Below are positions 7,919 to 18,072 of a stretch of 64,000 bases of DNA, piece after piece. Positions within the stretch are counted from its first letter, which is position 1; the number at the start of each line of letters is the position of its first letter. The position numbers and the translations under genes were made by a program. Origin of the DNA: an uncultured Flavobacteriales bacterium (GTDB lineage: Bacteria; Bacteroidota; Bacteroidia; Flavobacteriales; UBA7312); the NCBI GenBank assembly GCA_913048435.1, contig CAJWWC010000001.1, forward strand, positions 25,281 through 89,280, written 5' to 3'. A model generated the notes under the pieces. It searched no databases and was not told the origin of the DNA. It was given only the letters and a program-made list of their open reading frames with translations.

Positions 7919-8797
7919 TTAATGATATATGTCGTTTTCATTCATTTTAAGATACCTGCCCACTGATAAGCTGGTTACAATAGCACTAATAAGTACACCG
8001 AAAATAAGATTTACAACAAAAATTATTCCTAAAATTGGCATATCTTCAAGTATTAATAGTTCAGGTATTTCTTTGTGTATACTAAATAAAGTAATAATTA
8101 AAAATACGAAACCTGTTAGGGCAGAGTAAACGCCTTGTAGCATACTATTCTTTAAAAAAGGTTTTCTTATAAAAGCATTTGTTGCTCCTACTAGTTTCAT
8201 AGTTTGTATGTTAAATCTTTGTGAGTATACTGATAATCGAATAGTATTATTAATCAATGCAATGGCAACGATTAATAATAAAGTACAAAAAGACACTAAA
8301 ATAATGCTTAGTTTTCTAACATTATTATTTATAGCATTTATTAAATCTTTTTGTATTATTATTTCTTTTATTATTGGATTTTTTTGCAAATCTTTTTCAA
8401 TTACTTCAATATGATTTTCGTCCGCAAATTCGGCATTCATAAATACATCAATTGATGCTGACAATGGGTTAAAGCCAAGAAAGGCAACAAAATCTTCACC
8501 TAAATCGCTTTCTAAAATTTTAGCCGCATCTTCTTTGCTAAAAAATTCTGTTCTTTTAACTTTTGGGGAAGCATCTAAAATTTTTTGTAGTTGAAGTCGA
8601 TCTATTTTTTTAATATTTTCATCTAATATAAGACTAAAGCCGACATTTTCTTTTATATAATTAGTTAATCGTTGTGTGTTAAGGTATATAAATCCCATTG
8701 TACCTAACATCAATAAAACCAATGAAATACTTATCATTGTAGAAAAAGACGATGTCCATAGCCTCCTTTTTATATGCCTTTCTTGGGCTTTTTTCAT
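7919..8797 (-). CDS. ftsX: Cell-division permease-like protein FtsX
   Basis: 292 aa with one N-terminal TM, a periplasmic domain and three C-terminal TMs. It contains MKLVGATNAFIRKPF, typical of FtsX. Confidence 0.8.
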   Translation of the reverse strand: MKKAQERHIKRRLWTSSFSTMISISLVLLMLGTMGFIYLNTQRLTNYIKENVGFSLILDENIKKIDRLQLQKILDASPKVKRTEFFSKEDAAKILESDLGEDFVAFLGFNPLSASIDVFMNAEFADENHIEVIEKDLQKNPIIKEIIIQKDLINAINNNVRKLSIILVSFCTLLLIVAIALINNTIRLSVYSQRFNIQTMKLVGATNAFIRKPFLKNSMLQGVYSALTGFVFLIITLFSIHKEIPELLILEDMPILGIIFVVNLIFGVLISAIVTSLSVGRYLKMNENDIYH

Positions 8798-8845
8798 AGC
8801 ATTCGCTAAGGTAATAATTTTTAGTGCTTAGTTGTGATGATTGAT

Positions 8846-8853
8846 TAACTTTG
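8846..8853 (+). promoter_or_regulatory. Putative -7 box TAACTTTG for leuS (18-nt spacer)
   Basis: Matches TAnnTTTG upstream of the ATG at 8872. Confidence 0.4.
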
Positions 8854-8871
8854 CTTTTAAATTTATTAGTA

Positions 8872-11643
8872 ATGGAATATGATTTTAATCGCATTGAGCA
8901 AAAATGGCAAGACCGTTGGAGACAATTGCAAACCTACAGGGTCAAGGAAGATTCTACGCTACCAAAGTTTTATGTATTAGATATGTTTCCATATCCATCC
9001 GGATCAGGCTTACATGTTGGTCATCCATTAGGCTACATAGCTTCTGATATTTATGCCCGTTATAAACGCCACCTGGGGTTTAATGTTTTACATCCAATGG
9101 GATACGATTCCTTTGGTTTGCCAGCAGAACAGTATGCCATACAGACTGGTCAACATCCTGCCATTACAACTGAAAATAATATTAAACGTTACAGAGAACA
9201 ATTGGATAAAATAGGTTTCTCATACGATTGGAATAGAGAAATCCGTACTTCAGAGCCCAACTATTATAAGTGGACACAGTGGATTTTTAAGCAACTTTTT
9301 AACTCTTACTATTGTAAAATACATAACAAGGCTTTACCCATTTCAGAACTGGTTGAAGAATTAGAACGTAATGGAAACGCTTTAGTCCAATCTGCATGCG
9401 ATGAAGACACGCCACTGTTTACTGCTGAAGAATGGATGGCATGGAGTGAAGCTAAGCAACAAGCCATTTTATTAAAATACAGAATGACCTTTTTATCCGA
9501 AACCTTGGTTAATTGGTGTGAGGGTTTAGGAACTGTTTTAGCTAATGATGAGGTCAAAGATGGTCGTTCAGAACGAGGAAATTTTCCTGTTGAACAAAAA
9601 CTCATGAAGCAATGGTCTATGCGAATAACTGCCTATGCCGAACGCTTACTTGAAGGTTTAGAAAAAGTAGAATGGAATGATTCTATCAAAGAAATTCAGC
9701 GCAACTGGATAGGTAAATCTGAAGGTGCATCACTTCGGTTTTCTGTAGAAAATAGTTGCGAGCAAATAGAAGTATTTACTACTAGACCAGATACAATATA
9801 TGGCGTTACATTTATGGTATTAGCGCCTGAGCATGAACTTGTAAAGTCTATCACTATTGCTTCACAAAAAGATGAGATAGAAAGCTATTGCCAACAAGCA
9901 GCCTTGAAGTCCGAAAGGGACAGGCAGTCCGATGTGAAGAGTGTGACAGGAGCCTTTACAGGAGCTTGTGCTATTCACCCTTTTACCAATGAAAAAATAC
10001 CTATTTGGATTGGGGATTATGTCTTAGCATCTTATGGTACAGGGGCTGTTATGGCAGTTCCTTGTGGTGACCAAAGGGATTGGAATTTTGCTAATAAGTT
10101 TGGTATTGAGATAAAGAACATCTTTAAAGACACAGATATTAGTGAAGGGGCATACGAAGACAAAGCGGCCATCCTTGTTAATTCGGATTTCCTATCTGGT
10201 CTTTCCGCCCAAGAAGCCATACAACAAGCCGTATTAGCCATCGAAAAAAAAGAGATAGGTAATGGTAAAACAAACTACAAACTAAGAGATTCTATATTCA
10301 GTCGTCAAAGGTATTGGGGGGAGCCATTTCCAGTTTATTATGAAAATGATATACCAAGACTGACAAATGATGATAGTTACGTAGAATTGCCAAAGGTAGA
10401 TAAATATCTACCAACAGAAGAAGGTGAGCCTCCTTTAGCTAGAGCTAAAAAAGAAGATTGGAATATTTTCCAAGGCGATAGAATGGAGTTTAATACTATG
10501 CCAGGGTGGGCAGGTTCCTCTTGGTATTTTTTAAGGTATATGGATCCACAAAACAACACTGAGTTTGTTTCTAAAGAAAAAGCCGATTATTGGGGGCAAG
10601 TGGATTTATACATTGGTGGCGCAGAACATGCTGTTGGGCACTTGCTATACTCCAGGTTTTGGACTAAGTTTTTGTATGATAGAGGTTTTATTAATTTTGA
10701 TGAGCCCTTCAAAAAAATGATCAACCAAGGAATGATTTTAGGTCGTTCCAATTTTGTATATAGAATTAAAGACAGCAATACTTTCGTCAGTTTTGATAAG
10801 ATAAAAGACTATAAAACCAGCCGCATACATGTTGATATTGAACTTGTGGAAAAGGACGTTTTAGATATTGAAGCCTTCAAAAGATGGAGAGAAGAACACA
10901 AAGATGCAGAATTCATCCTTAATGATGAATGTAAATATATCTGTGGTTTTGAGGTAGAAAAAATGTCTAAGTCCAAATACAATGTTCAGACGCCTGATTA
11001 TTTAGTGGAGAAATTTGGTGCTGACACCTTAAGAATGTACGAAATGTTTTTAGGGCCTTTAGAGCAATCTAAGCCGTGGGATACAAAAGGTATCAATGGG
11101 GTACATAATTTTTTAAGAAAGTTTTGGCGTTTAGCACACAATGAAAATAATCAAATCAATCTTTCCGAAGAGAAGCCAACAAAATCAGAATTGAAGTCTT
11201 TGCACAAAGCTATTAAAAAGGTAACAGAAGATATAGACAGACAGGCGTTCAATACGGTAGTTAGTAATTTGATGATAGCAGTCAATGAGTTGAATGATTT
11301 GAAATGCAATAAACGACATATTCTCAAAGATTTAATTGTTTTAATATCACCTTATGCTCCTCATTTTGCTGAAGAACTATGGGAAAAGTTAGGTTATACA
11401 GAATCGGTCACATATGCAAATTGGCCTAAATTTGATGAACAGTATTTAAAAGAAGACGCCTTCACTTATCCTATTTCTTTTAATGGTAAAATGCGTTTTA
11501 CTCTAAAGCTTCGTGCTGATTTGAGTAAGGAAGATATAGAAAAGGAAGTCATGATTTGTGATAAGACTAAACAATATATGCAAGGTAAAAACCCAAAGCG
11601 TATTATTATAGTTCCTAAGAAAATTGTTAATATCGTGATATGA
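8872..11643 (+). CDS. leuS: Leucine--tRNA ligase
   Basis: HIGH region PYPSGSGLHVGHPLGY and KMSKS motif VEKMSKSKYN, about 923 aa. The start is taken at MEYDFNRIEQKWQ rather than the upstream track start 8851. Confidence 0.95.
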   Translation: MEYDFNRIEQKWQDRWRQLQTYRVKEDSTLPKFYVLDMFPYPSGSGLHVGHPLGYIASDIYARYKRHLGFNVLHPMGYDSFGLPAEQYAIQTGQHPAITTENNIKRYREQLDKIGFSYDWNREIRTSEPNYYKWTQWIFKQLFNSYYCKIHNKALPISELVEELERNGNALVQSACDEDTPLFTAEEWMAWSEAKQQAILLKYRMTFLSETLVNWCEGLGTVLANDEVKDGRSERGNFPVEQKLMKQWSMRITAYAERLLEGLEKVEWNDSIKEIQRNWIGKSEGASLRFSVENSCEQIEVFTTRPDTIYGVTFMVLAPEHELVKSITIASQKDEIESYCQQAALKSERDRQSDVKSVTGAFTGACAIHPFTNEKIPIWIGDYVLASYGTGAVMAVPCGDQRDWNFANKFGIEIKNIFKDTDISEGAYEDKAAILVNSDFLSGLSAQEAIQQAVLAIEKKEIGNGKTNYKLRDSIFSRQRYWGEPFPVYYENDIPRLTNDDSYVELPKVDKYLPTEEGEPPLARAKKEDWNIFQGDRMEFNTMPGWAGSSWYFLRYMDPQNNTEFVSKEKADYWGQVDLYIGGAEHAVGHLLYSRFWTKFLYDRGFINFDEPFKKMINQGMILGRSNFVYRIKDSNTFVSFDKIKDYKTSRIHVDIELVEKDVLDIEAFKRWREEHKDAEFILNDECKYICGFEVEKMSKSKYNVQTPDYLVEKFGADTLRMYEMFLGPLEQSKPWDTKGINGVHNFLRKFWRLAHNENNQINLSEEKPTKSELKSLHKAIKKVTEDIDRQAFNTVVSNLMIAVNELNDLKCNKRHILKDLIVLISPYAPHFAEELWEKLGYTESVTYANWPKFDEQYLKEDAFTYPISFNGKMRFTLKLRADLSKEDIEKEVMICDKTKQYMQGKNPKRIIIVPKKIVNIVI

Positions 11644-11696
11644 TTTGTGGTATATCATAAATATTAATATTCAATTTGTCTCAAAAAATTACTAAT

Positions 11697-12692
11697 ATGA
11701 AATGGACTAAAGAGATTAAAGACAAAATAGAGAAGTTAAACATTAAGTACGCTTCTACTGGACAAGATTTACCAGCTTATTTAGATGGTTTACTGTATGC
11801 TAATCCTTTACACTATTGGGATTATACTTATGTTGATACATTATTGAGCCTTCAACACCCCAAAACAGACTTTCCAGACGAACAAATATTTATCATTTAT
11901 CATCAAATTACAGAACTATACTTTAAGTTGGCAATGCTTGAGCTTGACCAAATAGCACGTAATGGCAAGTTAATGTCAGAAGATGGTCAAGATATGGGAT
12001 GGAATGATACTCTATCGGTTGATTTCTTTACAGATCGCTTAAAAAGAATCAATAGTTATTTTGAAGTGTTAATTTCTTCCTTTGATATTATGATCAATGG
12101 TATGGAAAAGAAACAATTTTTAAAGTTCAGAATGTCCTTATTGCCCTCTAGTGGCTTTCAGTCTGCACAATACAGACTGATAGAAATTTCTTGTACACAT
12201 CTTATTAATCTCACACACAAGGATGAAAGAGAAGATTTGAGAGACTCTAATATTGATGATATGGCTCAGCACTTTTATTGGAAAGACGGTGCCATAGATA
12301 TGAAAACGGGTAAAAAAACTTTGATGCTAGAAAATTTTGAAAAGAAATATATGACTCAATTTATTGAAAGAGCCCATGATTTTTCAGATAAAAACATACT
12401 TGCAAAATATCAACAATTAAGTGTTGAAGACCAGCAAGACAAAGACTTGGTACATCAATTACGTTTATTAGATTTGAATGTGAATGTGAATTGGCCATTG
12501 GTGCATTACAAATCAGCAGTTCGCTATTTGTCATCAAAAGACGGTGATACTGATGCAACAGGTGGAACAAACTGGCAAAAATATTTGCCCCCTCGCTTTC
12601 AGAAACGTATTTTCTTTCCAGAATTATGGACAAAAGATGAAATGGAAAATTGGGGTAGACAATGGGTGGTAAGTGCCCTTAACGAAAGTTGA
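11697..12692 (+). CDS. kynA: Tryptophan 2,3-dioxygenase family protein
   Basis: YLDGLL...YWDYTYVDTLLSLQHP...DEQIFIIYHQITELYFKL is the characteristic TDO helical core. The first ATG is at 11697, and the track start 11676 is a TTG. Confidence 0.7.
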   Translation: MKWTKEIKDKIEKLNIKYASTGQDLPAYLDGLLYANPLHYWDYTYVDTLLSLQHPKTDFPDEQIFIIYHQITELYFKLAMLELDQIARNGKLMSEDGQDMGWNDTLSVDFFTDRLKRINSYFEVLISSFDIMINGMEKKQFLKFRMSLLPSSGFQSAQYRLIEISCTHLINLTHKDEREDLRDSNIDDMAQHFYWKDGAIDMKTGKKTLMLENFEKKYMTQFIERAHDFSDKNILAKYQQLSVEDQQDKDLVHQLRLLDLNVNVNWPLVHYKSAVRYLSSKDGDTDATGGTNWQKYLPPRFQKRIFFPELWTKDEMENWGRQWVVSALNES

Positions 12693-12701
12693 TAGTACAG
12701 A

Positions 12702-13931
12702 ATGAAAAAAAATAAACGGAGTAATGTAGTAGGCTTTTTGCTGTTGGCAATCTCCATTTCAATTGTTTTTCCAAGTTGTAATTCTCAAAAAAATAAAAAC
12801 CTTTCAAACCCCTGTGTATTACTTTATGATATATGTACTGACGACTATAAAGTTTACAAGGGAGAGCTTGAGAGTGGCCAAACTTTAGGTGCAGTTCTTT
12901 ATCTCAACCACATAGACCACGGAAGGATTGACCAAATAGTAAGAGCCTCCAAAGGAATTTTTGATTTCAGAAAAGCGAAAGCGGGTAAGAAGTTTACAGT
13001 TCTGTGTTCAAATGACAGTATTGAGAAAGCCCAATATTTTATTTATGAAATGTCTAGTATAGACTATGTTGTTTTTGACATAAGAGACACCATAGGCGTA
13101 TTTTTAGGTCAAAAAGAAGTTGTGTATAAAACAAAAAACGCAAGTGGTAAGATAGAATCCTCCTTGTGGAATTCACTGGTTGAAAACAAAATGAGTCCTG
13201 CTTTGGTTATGGAATTATCCTCCATTTACGCTTGGACCATAGACTTTTTTAGAATACAAAAAGGTGATTACTTCAAAGTAGTTTATGAAGAAAAATATGT
13301 GGAAGGAGAATACATAGGCATAGGTCGTGTATATGCTGCATTATTCAATCATGCCAATGAAGATTTTTATGCATTTTACTTTGAAGAAGAAGAAAACTAT
13401 GGTGATTATTTCGATGATGAAGGTGCCGCTCTAAGAAAGGCTTTTCTTAGAGCACCATTAAATTACTCTCGAATCAGTTCAAGTTTTAGTAAGCGAAGAA
13501 AGCACCCAGTAACAGGTCGTATAAAAGCTCATTTGGGTACTGATTATGCTGCTCCTACAGGTACACCAATTTTATCGACTGCCAATGGTACCGTTACTGA
13601 GGCGAGGTACAAACGTAACAATGGTAATTACGTTAAGGTGAGACACAACAGTACTTACAGCACTCAATATTTACACATGTCCAAAATAAAATCAGGTATA
13701 CGCCCTGGAGTTTATGTCAAGCAAGGAGAAGTCATTGGATATGTGGGAAGTACAGGCTTAGCAACAGGACCTCATGTATGTTATCGTTTTTGGAAAAATG
13801 GTCGTCAGGTAGACCCCTACAAACAGAAGCTACCCCCATCTAAGCCAGTTAAAAAAGAAAATTTAGAAGCTTATACCATGCTAAAAGACAGCATGATGAA
13901 TGTTATTCAATCTATATCAAGTAATTTTTAG
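12702..13931 (+). CDS. M23 family metallopeptidase (LytM/peptidoglycan DD-endopeptidase-like)
   Basis: 409 aa with an N-terminal lipoprotein-like signal (VFPSC). The C-terminal M23 motifs are HLGTDYAAPTGTPI and GSTGLATGPHVCY. Confidence 0.85.
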   Translation: MKKNKRSNVVGFLLLAISISIVFPSCNSQKNKNLSNPCVLLYDICTDDYKVYKGELESGQTLGAVLYLNHIDHGRIDQIVRASKGIFDFRKAKAGKKFTVLCSNDSIEKAQYFIYEMSSIDYVVFDIRDTIGVFLGQKEVVYKTKNASGKIESSLWNSLVENKMSPALVMELSSIYAWTIDFFRIQKGDYFKVVYEEKYVEGEYIGIGRVYAALFNHANEDFYAFYFEEEENYGDYFDDEGAALRKAFLRAPLNYSRISSSFSKRRKHPVTGRIKAHLGTDYAAPTGTPILSTANGTVTEARYKRNNGNYVKVRHNSTYSTQYLHMSKIKSGIRPGVYVKQGEVIGYVGSTGLATGPHVCYRFWKNGRQVDPYKQKLPPSKPVKKENLEAYTMLKDSMMNVIQSISSNF

Positions 13932-13945
13932 TCCACTTAAATCAG

Positions 13946-13953
13946 TATCTTTA
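13946..13953 (+). promoter_or_regulatory. Variant -7 box TATCTTTA, 4 nt upstream of the ATG of the type-B cargo gene
   Basis: One mismatch to TAnnTTTG (final A). The box-to-ATG geometry is the same as at the other leaderless candidates. Confidence 0.35.
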
Positions 13954-13957
13954 TCCT

Positions 13958-16900
13958 ATGAGAGCTTTGCTGACATTAGTGATGGTATTATGCTGGTGCA
14001 ACTTATCGGCCCAAGTATTTTTTACTCCAAACAAAGGCCAATGGAATAAAGCTGTCAAAGCAAAAGTTAATTTAGTCAATGGGGCTATGTTCCTAGAAAA
14101 TAAAGCTCTTACTTTTAATTTCATTGACGCTACTTATTTTAGCCATTCACACGATTACGACACCATGGTCGATAGCATTCAAGCTCATGCTTTCAAATGG
14201 CACTTTGTTAGAGCCAATACTCCCAACATCAGCTTTGAGGAAGAAAGAAAAGGGGTAATTAATTTTTTCAATGTTAAGCCCTTAGTATCCGAAGTCAGAA
14301 CTTATAAAAAAGTCAATTATAATAATTTGTATGACGGCATAGATTATAGCATTTATGAATATGCTGGAGGTTTAAAATACGATTGGATAGTTCAGCCTAA
14401 CGCTGATCCCAAAGATATTAAACTACGTCTTGAAGGAGTAAAAGATATACGTATTGAAGATGGCAGATTGGTATTGCGTACTGTTTTGAATGAAATTAGA
14501 GAAGAATGGCCTTATGCCTATCAATGGTATAATGGCGAAAAAGTTGAGGTAGCTTGTCGTTTTGTATGGAAAAAACAACGCTTATCTTTTGAATTCCCAA
14601 AGGGTTATGACCGAAATAGGGAATTGATAATTGACCCTGAAATGATATTTTCTTCATACTCTGGTTCAGTAGCAAGTAACTTTGGATATACTGCCACCTA
14701 TGACGACTACGGCTTTTTATATGCTGGAGGGACAGCATATAACATAGGTTATCCTATTACTGTTGGGGCATACCAAACTGCATATAACGGTGGTGTTGTG
14801 GGTAATGATGTGGTGTTGAGTAAGTATGATACTAGTGGAACATATATGCTTTATTCCACATATTTAGGAGGTTCTGGCGACGAGGTACCTCATAGTCTTA
14901 TTGTTTTTGATGAAGAATTATTTGTTATGGGCACAACAGGTTCAGTGGACTTCCCAACTAGCGAAGGGGCTTTTGACAATACCTTCAATGGCGGACAGGC
15001 TCTTGCTGTCAATGGGGTAGGCATCAACTACACCAACGGTTGTGATATTTTTATCAGTCGCCTTAATGCAGAAGGGACAGACTTATTATCCTCGACCTTT
15101 TTAGGGGGGACAGACAACGATGGCTTTAATAGCTCGGGTACTTTACGTTACAACTATGCCGACCAGATGCGAGGCGAAATAGACATTGATACTGATGGAA
15201 ATTGTTACATCGCTTCATCAACTTTTTCTTCAGACTTTCCTATTGTCAATAGCTTAATTCAACCCGCCATCAATGGAGGTCAAGATGGTATAATAGTAAA
15301 ACTAAATTTAGATTTGAGTGCCATTCAATGGAGTTCATATTTTGGGGGCAGTAGCGACGATGCTTTGTATTCATTAGCCTTTGATTCCAATAACGATTTG
15401 TACGCTTGTGGAGGCACATCATCTGATAATTTAGCAACTACGAATGGGGCCTATGCAACAGATTATTTAGGAGGCTCAGTAGATGCTTTTGTTTCTCATT
15501 TTTCTAAAGATGGCCAGACACTTTTGAGTTCAACCTATTACGGTTCTGACCAATACGATCAGTCCTATTTTATTGAGTTGGATAAGTTAGACCAAGTGTA
15601 TTTGTTTGGACAAAGTTTAGCTCCTAACAACACTTTGATATTTAATGCGGTATTTTCTCAGCCCAACAGTGGACAGTTTGTAAGTAAGCTAAACTCAGAG
15701 CTTAACACCTTAGATTTTTCTACTGTTTTTGGATCTGGAAGTGGAGGAATAGACATCTCACCTACGGCTTTTTTGGTCGATGCTTGTAATAGGATTTATT
15801 GTTCGGGTTGGGGAGGTACTACAAACGATTCTATACATTTAGGACCTGGTGGTAGCACTTTCGATTTGGTTACTACTTTTGATGCTTTTCAAGATGAAAC
15901 AGACGGAAGTGATTTCTACCTCATTATTTTTGAGGACGATGCAAACACCCTATCTTTCGCTTCCTTTTTCGGAGGGGATCAAGCTGCCGAACACGTAGAT
16001 GGTGGAACAAGTCGTTTTGATAAAAAAGGCATCGTTTATCAGTCCGTTTGTGCGGGTTGTGGGGGGTTTTCTGATTTTCCTACCACTGACAATGCCGTAT
16101 CGAATACCAATGGGGCGAATTGTAATAATGCAGTCTTTAAGTTTGATCCAGACTTCCCTTTGACTGTTGCTAACTTCAATGCTCCAGAATTGACTTGCAA
16201 TTGGACAGTAGTTTTTGAAAATCTAAGTTTGGGAGAAAACAACTCCTACTATTGGGATTTTGGAGATGGCACAACTTCTACAGAAATGACACCTACTCAT
16301 ACCTTCAAGACTGTAGGGAACTACGAAGTGTTACTTGTTACTAATGACCCCACCTCATGCAATTTGGTGGATAGCATCATCAAGAATATTACCATAGACG
16401 ATAATAAATACCAAGAATTGGATAGCTTATTTATCTGTGAAGGCGATAGCGTACTTTTACAGGGAACTGAAATCGACGGTTTTACCTATCAATGGTCGCC
16501 CAATGTTGCTATAGCTAATTCTTCAGAATCTAGCACTTATGCCTCGCCTACAGATTCTATGTTTTATTATTTCATAGGTCAGTCTGATAATTGCTTTGAT
16601 ACACTCAGTCAGTATGTTGCAGTTAAGAAAGTACCTTTGGATTATTCTGCAAACTCAGAAATATGCGGTTTTCCTATTGTCTTGAGGGTAGAAACTAGCG
16701 ATTCAGCACAAATTATATGGACAACAGCTTTGGGACATTCTTTACCTGTGGACCAAGATACTTTAGTAGTTTCTACTGTTGGCACATACTATATGGAAGT
16801 TAGGCAGTTTGGGTGCAATGAAAAAGGAAGAATAGATGTTGCCTTAGCCGAAGCATGTTGTAGCGAAGATAATATACTTATTCCCAATGCTTTTACTCCA

Positions 16901-17149
16901 AATGGCGATTTGTTGAATGAAAAATTCCGAATCAAAGATGAATTGAATATCGTTCAAGATTTTGAACTCAATATATTCAACCGATGGGGACAGAAAGTCT
17001 TTTACACTCGAGATAAAAAAGAGCCTTGGGACGGTTATTTTAAAGGAAAGTTACAACCTTCTTCTGTCTTCGATTACCATCTCAATATTGGCTGTATTGG
17101 AGGTGAAAAATCCTTTTTCAAAAAAGGTAACATTAGTCTAATACGATGA
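13958..17149 (+). CDS. Large secreted protein with signal peptide, SBBP-type beta-propeller repeats, a PKD domain and a gliding-motility-associated (type B) T9SS C-terminal domain
   Basis: 1063 aa. Repeated YSTYLGGSGDE.../SSYFGGSSDD.../STYYGSDQYD... units. PKD signature YWDFGDGTTSTEMTPTHTFKTVGNYEV. C-terminal IPNAFTPNGDLLNEKF...FNRWGQKVF is the CHU_C/TIGR04131-type signature. Confidence 0.85.
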   Translation: MRALLTLVMVLCWCNLSAQVFFTPNKGQWNKAVKAKVNLVNGAMFLENKALTFNFIDATYFSHSHDYDTMVDSIQAHAFKWHFVRANTPNISFEEERKGVINFFNVKPLVSEVRTYKKVNYNNLYDGIDYSIYEYAGGLKYDWIVQPNADPKDIKLRLEGVKDIRIEDGRLVLRTVLNEIREEWPYAYQWYNGEKVEVACRFVWKKQRLSFEFPKGYDRNRELIIDPEMIFSSYSGSVASNFGYTATYDDYGFLYAGGTAYNIGYPITVGAYQTAYNGGVVGNDVVLSKYDTSGTYMLYSTYLGGSGDEVPHSLIVFDEELFVMGTTGSVDFPTSEGAFDNTFNGGQALAVNGVGINYTNGCDIFISRLNAEGTDLLSSTFLGGTDNDGFNSSGTLRYNYADQMRGEIDIDTDGNCYIASSTFSSDFPIVNSLIQPAINGGQDGIIVKLNLDLSAIQWSSYFGGSSDDALYSLAFDSNNDLYACGGTSSDNLATTNGAYATDYLGGSVDAFVSHFSKDGQTLLSSTYYGSDQYDQSYFIELDKLDQVYLFGQSLAPNNTLIFNAVFSQPNSGQFVSKLNSELNTLDFSTVFGSGSGGIDISPTAFLVDACNRIYCSGWGGTTNDSIHLGPGGSTFDLVTTFDAFQDETDGSDFYLIIFEDDANTLSFASFFGGDQAAEHVDGGTSRFDKKGIVYQSVCAGCGGFSDFPTTDNAVSNTNGANCNNAVFKFDPDFPLTVANFNAPELTCNWTVVFENLSLGENNSYYWDFGDGTTSTEMTPTHTFKTVGNYEVLLVTNDPTSCNLVDSIIKNITIDDNKYQELDSLFICEGDSVLLQGTEIDGFTYQWSPNVAIANSSESSTYASPTDSMFYYFIGQSDNCFDTLSQYVAVKKVPLDYSANSEICGFPIVLRVETSDSAQIIWTTALGHSLPVDQDTLVVSTVGTYYMEVRQFGCNEKGRIDVALAEACCSEDNILIPNAFTPNGDLLNEKFRIKDELNIVQDFELNIFNRWGQKVFYTRDKKEPWDGYFKGKLQPSSVFDYHLNIGCIGGEKSFFKKGNISLIR

Positions 17150-18072
17150 AGAAAATAGTTCTCATATTTCTTTGTATAGGCACTACTTTAATGGCGCAAG
17201 ATGTACATTTTAGCCAGTGGTTTAATAATCCTTTATTTAGCAATCCCGCTTTAACCGTTGACTTCGATGGAGACTATCGTATTACAGCCCATCAGCGTGA
17301 GCAATGGGCGAGTGTGAGTGTTCCATTCAGTACTACTTCGGTGGGCTTGGATATGCCCATAGAAAATTGGGGTTTAGGGCTTCAATTTCTTCATGACCAG
17401 TCGGGTAGTTCTCGCTTGTCACTCACACAATTTAACCTTTCCCTTTCTCGTTTTTTAAAAGATTGGCAATTTGGGGTTCAGTTGGGCTTTGCACAACGTC
17501 GTATTGACTACTCCGATTTGATATTTATTGATGATGGCGAATCCATCAGTACAGAAATTAAGAATTATATTGACATAGGAATGGGCATCAATAGAACTTT
17601 CAGTTTTTTTTCTAGTGAATTGAACGTCGCATACGTTTTGTTTCACATCAATAGTCCAAACCGTTCTTTTATATCATCGAAAGATAAGTTAGCTGTTCGC
17701 CATCAGTTTTCCAGCGGTTTAGATTACGATTTGAATGAAAAATGGCAGCTTAGCCCATCAATTCATTATACCAGCCAACAAAACCAAAGGGAGTTAATGC
17801 TAGGCTCACAGATTAGTTTTGATATCAGCGAATACTACTACAAATATATAGTCCTTGAGCTAGGTAGTTATTACCGTTTTGGAGATGCCTTGACGTCTTT
17901 AATTGGCATACAATTTGAGCAATCGCATGTGGCATTTTGCTACGATTGGAACACCTCCGACTTAGTTCCAGCTAGTAATTATTTGGGTGCTTGGGAATTG
18001 TCATTTGCTCACATTATACAGTCAAAAGTATTATCCAAGCCCAAGTATAAAACCTGCCCTACTTTCTTATGA
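17146..18072 (+). CDS. PorP/SprF family type IX secretion system membrane protein
   Basis: 308 aa with a signal peptide followed by AQDVHFSQWFNNPLFSNPA, the family-defining N-terminal motif. The beta-barrel-like alternation ends in TCPTFL. ATGA overlaps link it to both neighbouring genes. Confidence 0.85.
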   Translation: MKKIVLIFLCIGTTLMAQDVHFSQWFNNPLFSNPALTVDFDGDYRITAHQREQWASVSVPFSTTSVGLDMPIENWGLGLQFLHDQSGSSRLSLTQFNLSLSRFLKDWQFGVQLGFAQRRIDYSDLIFIDDGESISTEIKNYIDIGMGINRTFSFFSSELNVAYVLFHINSPNRSFISSKDKLAVRHQFSSGLDYDLNEKWQLSPSIHYTSQQNQRELMLGSQISFDISEYYYKYIVLELGSYYRFGDALTSLIGIQFEQSHVAFCYDWNTSDLVPASNYLGAWELSFAHIIQSKVLSKPKYKTCPTFL

